A DNA stretch of 64,000 bases, from positions 800,001-864,000 of the forward strand of contig CAXXHO010000003.1 of the NCBI GenBank assembly GCA_963667725.2, given 5' to 3'. Shown one piece after another: positions 30,123 to 38,658 of this stretch. The notes below the pieces were generated by a model, which was not told where the DNA came from, ran no database searches, and was given only the letters and a program-made list of their open reading frames with translations. The position numbers and the translations under genes were made by a program. The DNA comes from Treponemataceae bacterium (lineage in GTDB: Bacteria; Spirochaetota; Spirochaetia; Treponematales; Rectinemataceae). The first letter of the stretch is position 1; every line of letters begins with the position of its first letter.

Positions 30123-31757
30123 CTATAAAACCTTCTTCGCATTCGCCTTATCCAGATAGAGCTTGTTCTTCCTCAGAATGCCGGTGCCCGATTTCAAGAT
30201 GCCCATGCTCATAGTCTCCCTGATAAGGGCCAAGGCTTCACGTTCCTGCCATCCCGAAAGAGCACCCGCTTCGGCGCAGGTGGGTGGGTGGGCGAGAAAT
30301 GAGCGCATCGCCCGTTCGCCGGTGTCGCGTTCTCTGCGGCCATCAGGCTGGAATTGGAAATCCGGGCTTGCGCGGCCGAGGCTGGCGATCATGGGCTGAC
30401 AGAGAAGCTTCACGCTCTGTCTGAGCGTGAAGCGCCCACGATTGCGTCCGAAAAAATCCAGGATTTCGCCGAGACCTTCCGGCAGGGCCTCCGCCGATCC
30501 GTCGCAGATATCGCACCCTGAACAGGGCGAGGAGAGTTCGGAACCCATGAGCCTGTGCAGAAAAGCCCGTCGGCAGCTCAGCGCCGAGGCATACTCAAGA
30601 AAAGCGTTCTGGCGAATCGCCCTCAGCCTGTTCCTCTCCTCTCCCTCGGCGTCCTGGGCTCCGTTTTTTGACTCCCTGGCCTTTGCCCTCCCGCCGGAGT
30701 TCGCGGAATGAATCAGGATGGCCTCGGCCGTCTGGCCGTCGCGCCCGCCTCTTCCCGCTTCCTGTATGTAAGCTTCCACCGATGGGGGTTCCGAGTAATG
30801 AATGACCGTCCTAATGTTTCGCTTATCCACCCCCATGCCGTAGGCGCATGTGGCGGCCAGTACTCCATCGGCGCTCTCCATGAACCAGGTTTCCGTCGCG
30901 TTTTTTTCCTCCCTCGTCAGGCCAGCGTGATAGAACCTTGCATCGATAGTGGTGTTGTCCCTGATGATTTCGCAGATTCTTCTCACTCCATTGCGGGATT
31001 GGTCAAAGACGATGAGCGGTTTCGGTTTGGCACGAACGAGCCTGAGAAGGGTGTGAACGGGAGCGAGGGTAGCCTCTACCGAATAACGTATGTTGGGCTT
31101 ATCGATATCGGCGGTTACGAGCGAAAAGACTTCAGTGCCGAAGATATAGCGCGCGATGGCTTCGGCGACGGTGGGGCTGGCCGTGGCGGTGAAGGCGCTC
31201 ACGACCCTGGGCTTGATCGCCTCGATGCATCTGCCCAATTCCAGATAGGATGGTCTGAAGGTTTCGCCCCATTCGCTGACACAGTGCGCCTCATCGATCG
31301 CGAGGTGGAAGATTTTCGCCTCGGAGAGGAAATCCATCAGCCGCGGTGTCGCCAGGCATTCGGGATTGGTGATGACAATTCTGGCTTCGCCGCTGCGCAC
31401 GGCTTCCTGCCGCTGTCGTCTCTCTTCATCCTCCATCCCTCCCCGAAAGACGGCGCAGGAGATGCCGCGCCTTTTCAGGCTTCGCTCCTGATCATTCATC
31501 AGAGCGAGGAGGGGATAGACGACGACGCTGGGGCCGGGAGCGAGGAGGGCGGGGAGCTGGAAGCAGAGGCTTTTGCCGAATCCCGTCGGGAAAAGAACGA
31601 GCTGGCGCATCTTCTCTCCCGTCTCCATGGCGTCCAGGATGTTGGCGATAGCCATCCGCTGGAGGGGGAAGAGGTAGTCGATGCCGAATTTCACGCTCGC
31701 CAAGGCAGCGACGGGGTCTTCTTGTGACGATGCAAGCTGATCTGATGGTATTTCCAT
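30123..31757 (-). CDS. recQ: RecQ-family DNA helicase (no obvious HRDC domain)
   Basis: PTGFGKSLCFQ, IDEAHCVSEWG, TATA, QEAGRGGRDG, Zn motif CRR..CSGCDIC; start uncertain (31757-31784). Confidence 0.88.
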   Translation of the reverse strand: MEIPSDQLASSQEDPVAALASVKFGIDYLFPLQRMAIANILDAMETGEKMRQLVLFPTGFGKSLCFQLPALLAPGPSVVVYPLLALMNDQERSLKRRGISCAVFRGGMEDEERRQRQEAVRSGEARIVITNPECLATPRLMDFLSEAKIFHLAIDEAHCVSEWGETFRPSYLELGRCIEAIKPRVVSAFTATASPTVAEAIARYIFGTEVFSLVTADIDKPNIRYSVEATLAPVHTLLRLVRAKPKPLIVFDQSRNGVRRICEIIRDNTTIDARFYHAGLTREEKNATETWFMESADGVLAATCAYGMGVDKRNIRTVIHYSEPPSVEAYIQEAGRGGRDGQTAEAILIHSANSGGRAKARESKNGAQDAEGEERNRLRAIRQNAFLEYASALSCRRAFLHRLMGSELSSPCSGCDICDGSAEALPEGLGEILDFFGRNRGRFTLRQSVKLLCQPMIASLGRASPDFQFQPDGRRERDTGERAMRSFLAHPPTCAEAGALSGWQEREALALIRETMSMGILKSGTGILRKNKLYLDKANAKKVL

Positions 31758-31928
31758 ACCCTTTGAACATACCGAGGCAACCATGATGCTTCAGTATATG
31801 CTTGAACTCTTAAAATGATTTTAGTCATATGTCTGTTGATAATGTATACTATGCGCACTTATTTCTGGGACCGAATATTCAAGACACTTTCCAGTTCCCT
31901 GGCTGCCGGAAATACGGGACTAATGTCT

Positions 31929-33485
31929 CTAGTAAGCCGTTCCCTTGCCTTCAACCATCATGTCGTAGGCTTGTTTGACGCGTTCGTAGTTCTGGTCCCT
32001 GTCGAGCGCGAAGCCACGTCCTATTCCGTCTACGATAGAGCCTGTCCCGATGTCCTGAAGCTTGTCTTCAAGATCCATCAACAGCTGTGGCGCGCTGCCG
32101 GGTTCGGTCGATCTGCCGTCGAAGATGATGTGAAGATAGACGTTCCGCAGCTCTTGGGCTTTTGCCATTCTGGCCACGGCTACGGCGTAATCCATGCTTC
32201 CGTGGGAGGACTTGTAGGTCAGGTAGGTTATCAAATGCAGGGCCGCGCCTTTTTCTCGAGCCTTCCCGATGGAATGGAGAATGACGGGGTTTTTCTCGAA
32301 CGAGCCGTCTTCGATTGCCTTGTCGATGCGTATGTCGTCCTGAATGACGCGGCGTCCCGCGCCGAGGTTCATATGACCGGCTTCGGAATTTCCCGCTTTA
32401 CCAGACGCCAGTCCCACGTGCGCGCCTGAGGCGTTCAGGCGGCACCAGGAGGAACGGCTGATAAGGCTATCCCAGTATGGGGTCGATGCGAGGAACATCG
32501 CGTCATTATCGTCGCCAGAGCCAAGTCCCCAGCCGTCCAGAATCACTAAAAGTACCTTGCGGTTTGTCCCCCAGTCCTTGTTGCCTGTCAGCTTGTTTCC
32601 TGTCATCTGCGCGGGCTTTTCAATGCCCATGATATCAAGGACTGTCGGAGCGACGTCATAAAGGGAGCCGTCTCTCAGCGGCATCGTTTCGTCGGGATTT
32701 TTTGGGTCCAGAATTATGAAAGGGACAAGGTTTGTGGTGTGGGCGACATCAGGCGTTCCGTTTTTCGTGTAGAGCTTTTCAATATTGCCGTGGTCCGCGG
32801 TGACAATCACGACATAGTCGCGCTTCAGCGCCTTGATGGCAACATTCTCAAGATTGCCGCTTACCGCTTTGCAGGCCTCGAGTTTAGCCTCAGTGCTCGA
32901 CGTATGGCCAATTACATCGCCGTTCGCGAAGTTGACGACGATAAAATCATATCCGCCCAGCGCTTCTTCAACCGTCTTTGCGACTTCGGGCAGTGAAAGC
33001 TGTGGAACCGTATCAAAGGAAAGGCCCTTGGGGGAAGGAACGCAGCGGTTCGTCTCTCCGGCAAGACTGTCATCGTTCCCGCCGTTGAAGAAGTACGTCA
33101 CGTGCGCGAACTTCTCGGACTCGGCGCAGTGGAACTGGGTTTTTCCGGCCTTCGACAGCACCTGAGCCAAAGGAAGGTCGACTTTATAGGGCGCGAACGC
33201 GATCGGGAGATGTCGGAATTTTTCGTGGTACTGCGTAAGCAATACGAAGTCCAGGTCATGAAGGTACTTTCTGGGGACGGCAGAGAAGGCGGAGTCGGTG
33301 AACATTTCGGTCAGTTCGATTTCGCGCTCGCCTCTTCTGCAGCAGAAGACGACGCTGTCGCCATCCTGTATCCTTCTGTGCGAGCGGCTCACCAAGGCGG
33401 CCATGTGGTAGTCGTCCATGCCATCGGCATACGCTTTTCTTAGGGCTTCAGCCAGAGCGCGCCCACCATGCTCGGTTTGCTGCAT
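31929..33485 (-). CDS. Circularly permuted 2,3-BPG-independent phosphoglycerate mutase homologue (alkaline phosphatase superfamily)
   Basis: Canonical C-half motifs (AESEKFAHVTYFFNGG, NFANGDVIGH, TADHGN, AHT, DVAPT, MTG) precede canonical N-half motifs (LVILDGWG, GNSEAGH, DGR, DRD); start 33485 has a GGAG upstream, ORF extends to 33536. Confidence 0.88.
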   Translation of the reverse strand: MQQTEHGGRALAEALRKAYADGMDDYHMAALVSRSHRRIQDGDSVVFCCRRGEREIELTEMFTDSAFSAVPRKYLHDLDFVLLTQYHEKFRHLPIAFAPYKVDLPLAQVLSKAGKTQFHCAESEKFAHVTYFFNGGNDDSLAGETNRCVPSPKGLSFDTVPQLSLPEVAKTVEEALGGYDFIVVNFANGDVIGHTSSTEAKLEACKAVSGNLENVAIKALKRDYVVIVTADHGNIEKLYTKNGTPDVAHTTNLVPFIILDPKNPDETMPLRDGSLYDVAPTVLDIMGIEKPAQMTGNKLTGNKDWGTNRKVLLVILDGWGLGSGDDNDAMFLASTPYWDSLISRSSWCRLNASGAHVGLASGKAGNSEAGHMNLGAGRRVIQDDIRIDKAIEDGSFEKNPVILHSIGKAREKGAALHLITYLTYKSSHGSMDYAVAVARMAKAQELRNVYLHIIFDGRSTEPGSAPQLLMDLEDKLQDIGTGSIVDGIGRGFALDRDQNYERVKQAYDMMVEGKGTAY

Positions 33486-33498
33486 TCCGTTCTCCGTA

Positions 33499-34602
33499 CT
33501 AGATAGTATTTCGTCTGTTGCGTTCTTCCTCGACATCTTTGCTCTCAGGCTTGTACCATGCGGGATCCTTTATCTTGATAAAGCAGGGTTCGCCTGCCCT
33601 GAAAAAGTTCCTGTGCGGAGTCTGGACCATGAAAGTGCCTTTGCCTACGGATACCAGATATTCCATGAATTCCGTTTTTGAGGTTCTCTTGAGGATTGTC
33701 GACTTGTAGCCTTCCTCTCTGTTGAGGTCGATCGCGTTTGGTCTTGTGGCCATCACATAATCGCCTTTCAGATCTAATGGAGTCCCGGTGAACAGTAAAC
33801 TGGACTCGTCATCTTTTAAAAAAGCTCTTCCGTCCCTGATAGCGACATCGGTGAAATTGGACTGGCCGAGGAAGTTGTAGACAAAGCGATTGACCGGCTT
33901 GTGATACAATTCCTGCGGAGTTCCGATCTGCTGGATATTTCCCATGTCCATGACCAGCATGCGGTCGGAAAGCGCCATGGCCTCCGCTTGATCGTGGGTG
34001 ACAAAGATGATGGTAAATCCGAATTCTTTCTGCAGCCTTTTGATTTCAAAGCGCATCGATTCTCGCAGATGAGGGTCGAGATTCGAAAGCGGCTCATCGA
34101 GGAGCATGACATCGGGATTGACGACGATCGCTCTAGCCAAGGCGATTCTTTGCTGCTGACCGCCGGAGAGGTCTGAAGGATAGACTTTTTCAAGTCCGTC
34201 GAGGTTGCTGTGGTGAAGGGTGAGCGCTACGCGCTTTTGTATCTCTGAGCTTGGGCACTTTTTCACCTTAAGAGGGAAGGCCACGTTGTCATAGACATTC
34301 AGATGAGGCCAAACGGCGAAGGCTTGGAAGACCATCCCCAAATTACGCTTTTCCGGTGGAAGATAGATGTTCTTCTTCTTGTCCGAAACAAGCCTGCCGC
34401 CGAGGTAGATCGAACCTTCGGAGAGGTCTTCAAAACCCGCGATCATACGCAACGTGGTAGTCTTTCCGCAGCCCGAGGGACCGAGGAAGGAGAAACACTC
34501 GCCTTTTTTCACGGAGAGGTTGAAATCCTTGACCGCCACAACCGTTCCCAACGACTTTGTGGTAAACGACTTTGTCACATGCTCAAGCACTATTTGGTCC
34601 AT
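33499..34602 (-). CDS. ABC transporter ATPase (FbpC/PotA class), copy 2
   Basis: [39 protein letters not shown]-like tail. Confidence 0.93.
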   Translation of the reverse strand: MDQIVLEHVTKSFTTKSLGTVVAVKDFNLSVKKGECFSFLGPSGCGKTTTLRMIAGFEDLSEGSIYLGGRLVSDKKKNIYLPPEKRNLGMVFQAFAVWPHLNVYDNVAFPLKVKKCPSSEIQKRVALTLHHSNLDGLEKVYPSDLSGGQQQRIALARAIVVNPDVMLLDEPLSNLDPHLRESMRFEIKRLQKEFGFTIIFVTHDQAEAMALSDRMLVMDMGNIQQIGTPQELYHKPVNRFVYNFLGQSNFTDVAIRDGRAFLKDDESSLLFTGTPLDLKGDYVMATRPNAIDLNREEGYKSTILKRTSKTEFMEYLVSVGKGTFMVQTPHRNFFRAGEPCFIKIKDPAWYKPESKDVEEERNRRNTI

Positions 34603-34603
34603 G

Positions 34604-36331
34604 TCATACTCTCTTTTTGTCTTTGACGAGTGCCTTGACAATGTTGTTGCAGAGAATGATCAGCGTGATCGTGACCACCGAAAGGGCTGCCGCCGGAGCT
34701 ATCTGGCCGTTGATTCTCAACTGGTAAATGGCGACCCCAAGCGTCCTGCTTTTGGGTCCGTACAGAAGAATGGATGTTGTCAGTTCCCTCATGCAAGGAA
34801 GGAATACCAGGAAGAACCCCGATATCATGGCGGGCTTGATCAAAGGCAGGGTAATATCCTTGAGAGTCTGCATGTGGGATGCCCCGCAGGACCTCGCGGC
34901 CTCCTCAAGCGAGGCGTGGACCTGATGCAACGCGGCGGAACTCGATTTAAGCGCGTACGACAAGTACCTCGCGATGTAGGCGACAAGGATTATCCAAATG
35001 GTGTTGTACAACGTGATTCCGAAAAACGCTCCCGACCAGGCGAGGATACAGCCGATGGCCATGACGGTTCCGGGCAACGAATAGGGAAGAACCGCCATCA
35101 TTTCAAGGGCGATGCCTCCTTTCGGTTTTACCTTGTAGATGACATAGGCAAGCATCGTTCCCAGAAGCAGGCAGAAGGAAGCCGCCGAGAATGCCAGAAA
35201 CAGCGAGTTTTTCACCGAATCGCGGACCATGATGTTGCCGACGAAGATTCTGCGGAAATTGGCTAGGGTAAGGTTCTGGGCAAGGAACGGCAGGCCGTAC
35301 GCTTTCACGAAGCTGACCAGGATGATCATGACGATCGGCGCGACGACGATAAGGCTCAGGAACAGCAGCGAGAAGGCGAGAAGAGGATACTTGGCTCCCC
35401 TGAGCTTGATGAGCATGGGACGCATGGACTTTCCTTTGATGATGTCGTATCGCCCGTGCGTCATAAGGCGTCTCTGTACCAGAAGCGCAATGGAGACGAT
35501 GAACACCAGAACGATGGAGAGGGCGGCCGACTGCCTGATACCCTCGAAACTTCCGCCGGCGCGGTCCATTAGTTTGGTTATCATCGTGGGCAAGGTGAAG
35601 ATGTTCTGCGAATAACCCAACATCGCCGGTATCCCGTAGTTCGACAGAGAAGTGATGAGTACCAGAAGCATTCCGGACGAAATGGCGGGAATCGTGAGGG
35701 GAAGGGTGATCTTCCTGATCACGTACGGCTGGCTGGCTCCCGCTATCCTCGCGCTTTCCTCAAGGGTCGGGTCCATGCGCTCGAGCGCGCTGACGACCTG
35801 CATGTAGACAAAGGGGAAATAGTAGACGACTTCGATGACGATGATGCCGGCTACGCTGTTGATATTAAACGGAGCCTTCGCGAGGTTGAAAAGGGACATG
35901 AGGGCCTTGTTCACATATCCTCCACGGCCCGAGAACATCATATCCCATGACATCGCGGCGAGAAACGGCGGAATCATGAACGGAATGGAGAAGAGGAACT
36001 TCATCACCCCCGTCATGGGAATGTCGCTCCGTCCCAAAAGCCAGGCGAAGAAAACCCCCACGACGGTAGCGAGGGCGGTTGAGCAAACTCCTATCACCAT
36101 AGTGTTCCACATGGCGCCGATGTTGCTTTTCTGGAATATGACCTGCTTGAACATAGCGATGTCGATCTTTGTCCCGTCCCAGAAAGCGTAATAGAGAATC
36201 ATGAGCACGGGAAGGATGGCCACGGTTATCAGGGCTACGTAACAGAGAATGATCATCAACCGGTCCAGGGGGAAGCCCCTTTTGCCCTCAAGACGTGCCA
36301 GATCAGGGTTTATGACTCTGGAAAAGATCAT
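34604..36331 (-). CDS. ABC transporter fused double permease (FbpB/AfuB/ThiP class)
   Basis: Two EAA loops (LEESARIAGAS, LEEAARSCGAS); about 12 TM segments. Confidence 0.92.
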   Translation of the reverse strand: MIFSRVINPDLARLEGKRGFPLDRLMIILCYVALITVAILPVLMILYYAFWDGTKIDIAMFKQVIFQKSNIGAMWNTMVIGVCSTALATVVGVFFAWLLGRSDIPMTGVMKFLFSIPFMIPPFLAAMSWDMMFSGRGGYVNKALMSLFNLAKAPFNINSVAGIIVIEVVYYFPFVYMQVVSALERMDPTLEESARIAGASQPYVIRKITLPLTIPAISSGMLLVLITSLSNYGIPAMLGYSQNIFTLPTMITKLMDRAGGSFEGIRQSAALSIVLVFIVSIALLVQRRLMTHGRYDIIKGKSMRPMLIKLRGAKYPLLAFSLLFLSLIVVAPIVMIILVSFVKAYGLPFLAQNLTLANFRRIFVGNIMVRDSVKNSLFLAFSAASFCLLLGTMLAYVIYKVKPKGGIALEMMAVLPYSLPGTVMAIGCILAWSGAFFGITLYNTIWIILVAYIARYLSYALKSSSAALHQVHASLEEAARSCGASHMQTLKDITLPLIKPAMISGFFLVFLPCMRELTTSILLYGPKSRTLGVAIYQLRINGQIAPAAALSVVTITLIILCNNIVKALVKDKKRV

Positions 36332-37398
36332 GCATCCTCCCTCGCAAAATACCTTTCCTCGAGAAAAGCGAGCCCGACTTCCTCTCCCTCCGAATAGGAT
36401 TTCGCGTTTTCGGAAATGGCGAGCTGCTGGACCCGAATTTCCATTCCCGGAAGCCTAACGAAATAATTGTACATATTGCCGAGGAAAATCGATTGCGCGA
36501 CGGTCGCGCGAACGGGACTGTTGTCATCAAACACGATGTCCATCGGCCTTATGCCGAGCATCGCCTTTGTGCCCGTCATTTTCTCGCGAATCTGGGATTT
36601 GAAGAGGATCTTCTTTTCGAGATCAAAGAAGGCTTTGCCGTCCTCGACCACCACGGGGATGAAGTTCGAAACCCCTATGAACTGAAAGACGAATCGGTTC
36701 GCGGGGTTCCTGATGATTTCCTCATCGGATCCGATCTGGGCGATCGACCCATCGGGTTCAAGGATCACTATCTTGTCGCACAGTTGCATCGCGGCTTCCT
36801 GGTCATGCGTGATGTAGATTATCGTGGTGCCCAGCCTTTGCTGCAGAAGGCGAATTTCGACAAGCATCTGCTCGCGGAGCTTGGCGTCAAGGTTGGTGAT
36901 CGGTTCATCCATGATGAGAAAATCGCTGGATGATGTCAGAGCCCGCGCTATCGCGACTCTCTGCTGCTGCCCGCCTGAAAGTTGGGAAGGCATGTACTTC
37001 TCGTAGCCCACCATATTGACTTGTCCTAGCGCGTTGTGCACCTGAGGACCTGTCTCTTCCTTCGACAGCCCGCGCTTTTTCAGCGGATAGGCGATGTTGT
37101 CGTAGACGCTGAGATGCGGCCAGACGGCATAATCCTGAAATACCACGCCGATATGTCTTTGTTCGGGGGGAATGTCGACTCTATCCTTGTGACTGAACAT
37201 GGTCTTTTCGTCAATTTTCACCGTTCCCTGTTGCGGCTTGAGGAAACCGCAGATCGCCCTGACAATGGTGGACTTGCCGCAACCCGAGGGACCAACGATG
37301 CCCATAATCTGGCCCGGTTCGATCTTCAGTGAGAAATCCTTGAGGACCACATGCTCGCCATAGCTTACGCAGATATTTTCAAGTTCGACCTTTTCCAC
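36328..37398 (-). CDS. ABC transporter ATPase (FbpC/PotA class), copy 1
   Basis: [34 protein letters not shown]. Confidence 0.93.
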   Translation of the reverse strand: MEKVELENICVSYGEHVVLKDFSLKIEPGQIMGIVGPSGCGKSTIVRAICGFLKPQQGTVKIDEKTMFSHKDRVDIPPEQRHIGVVFQDYAVWPHLSVYDNIAYPLKKRGLSKEETGPQVHNALGQVNMVGYEKYMPSQLSGGQQQRVAIARALTSSSDFLIMDEPITNLDAKLREQMLVEIRLLQQRLGTTIIYITHDQEAAMQLCDKIVILEPDGSIAQIGSDEEIIRNPANRFVFQFIGVSNFIPVVVEDGKAFFDLEKKILFKSQIREKMTGTKAMLGIRPMDIVFDDNSPVRATVAQSIFLGNMYNYFVRLPGMEIRVQQLAISENAKSYSEGEEVGLAFLEERYFAREDA

Positions 37399-37448
37399 GC
37401 GTCACCCCCCGAAAACGACGCGTGCCGGATGCAGGGCATCCAGCACGC
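37396..37448 (-). promoter_or_regulatory. Intercistronic stem-loops between binding-protein and ATPase genes
   Basis: gcgtgccggatgc/gcatccagcacgc (37420-37448) and cacgcgtc/gacgcgtg (37396-37424). Confidence 0.6.
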
Positions 37449-37466
37449 TGACTAAAACGATTCTGA

Positions 37467-38471
37467 TTACTTTTTTGTCTTGAAATATGAATCGAACTGG
37501 TCAAGCAGCTTGTTGCTCACTTTGGCGAGGTCGACCCAATCGATAGGAAGCGCCTTTGAGGCTATTTCGGTGGCAGTCAGCATGCCGGCGGGAAGTTTGA
37601 CGCCGTCGACGACTGGCGTGATATTGTACTGAGTAAGCAGCTTCTGGCCGCCGTTCGGATCCAGGATGAAATCATAAAGAAGCTTTGCGAGCTTTTCGTG
37701 CGGAGCGCCGGCTGGAATCGCGATCGGACAGGGCACGGCGACGATATCCTTGGTATCATGCCAGCCAATCGGGGAACCTTCAGCCATAAGGTTTTTAGTG
37801 TTGTAATCAACGCCGAAGGCGACCTTGTATGAACCGGCCGCGACTGCATTGTTTGTCGCGCCCGAACTCGATTGAAGCTCCATGCCCATCTCGCTGAGCT
37901 TTTTAAAGTAATCCCAGCCGTATTTGGGGTTGTGAGTCATCGCATAGATTAGCGCCTTCGTCGAACCTGAACCGGTCGGGTCCGTCATGATCAGCTGTTT
38001 ATTGAAATTCGGGGCGAGAAGGCCGTCCCAGTTGTACGGGGCTTCCTTATCCGAACACGAGGTCGTGCTGAAGGTAATGCCCATGATCAGCAGACGGGCT
38101 CCGGTAAAATAGCCCGCGGCATCCTTGAACTTGGAGTCCACACCCGTCACGAAGGGGGACATATACTGGAGAAGGTGATTATCGGCCTTGAGAGTGATCA
38201 TCGCCGAGGGATCCGCAAGCCATGCAAGATCACAGGTTACGGACTTGGACTGGAATTCCATCAGGAGTTTGGTGACGCATTTGCCTGATGTGGCGGAATA
38301 GTAATCCAGCTTGACATTCGGATACTTGGCTTCAAAAGCGTTTTTGAGAGCGATCACGACATCCTCGCCGGTAGACGAATACAACATAACCTTTCCGCTG
38401 TATGAGGCGTCGGCGGCGATGGCTGGCAACAAAGCCGAGACGAGCAACCAAATAAAAATCAGCTTTTTCAT
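37467..38471 (-). CDS. ABC substrate-binding protein (AfuA/FbpA/PgtC-like class)
   Basis: Signal peptide, LYSS, FEAKYPNVK, DPTGSGS, AKLLYDFIL; first gene of the ABC operon. Confidence 0.88.
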   Translation of the reverse strand: MKKLIFIWLLVSALLPAIAADASYSGKVMLYSSTGEDVVIALKNAFEAKYPNVKLDYYSATSGKCVTKLLMEFQSKSVTCDLAWLADPSAMITLKADNHLLQYMSPFVTGVDSKFKDAAGYFTGARLLIMGITFSTTSCSDKEAPYNWDGLLAPNFNKQLIMTDPTGSGSTKALIYAMTHNPKYGWDYFKKLSEMGMELQSSSGATNNAVAAGSYKVAFGVDYNTKNLMAEGSPIGWHDTKDIVAVPCPIAIPAGAPHEKLAKLLYDFILDPNGGQKLLTQYNITPVVDGVKLPAGMLTATEIASKALPIDWVDLAKVSNKLLDQFDSYFKTKK

Positions 38472-38658
38472 ACTACCTTTCCTCCTTGATAACGGGCTTG
38501 AACCCGAAAGGTAATTTTATTATGAGTTATGGAATTTTTAATGGGTAGTACAAAATCATGACTTTTTTATCGGTTGTTCGAAATTTGAATTATTCCTTCT
38601 TTTTCTTTTATCTTGTCAAGAATTACCTTTGTCATGCATAATAGCTTCGGAGAACTCC

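Noticed and set aside
31815..32429. 204-aa plus-strand ORF
   Set aside because: It is antisense to the motif-rich half of the permuted iPGM and has no independent support.
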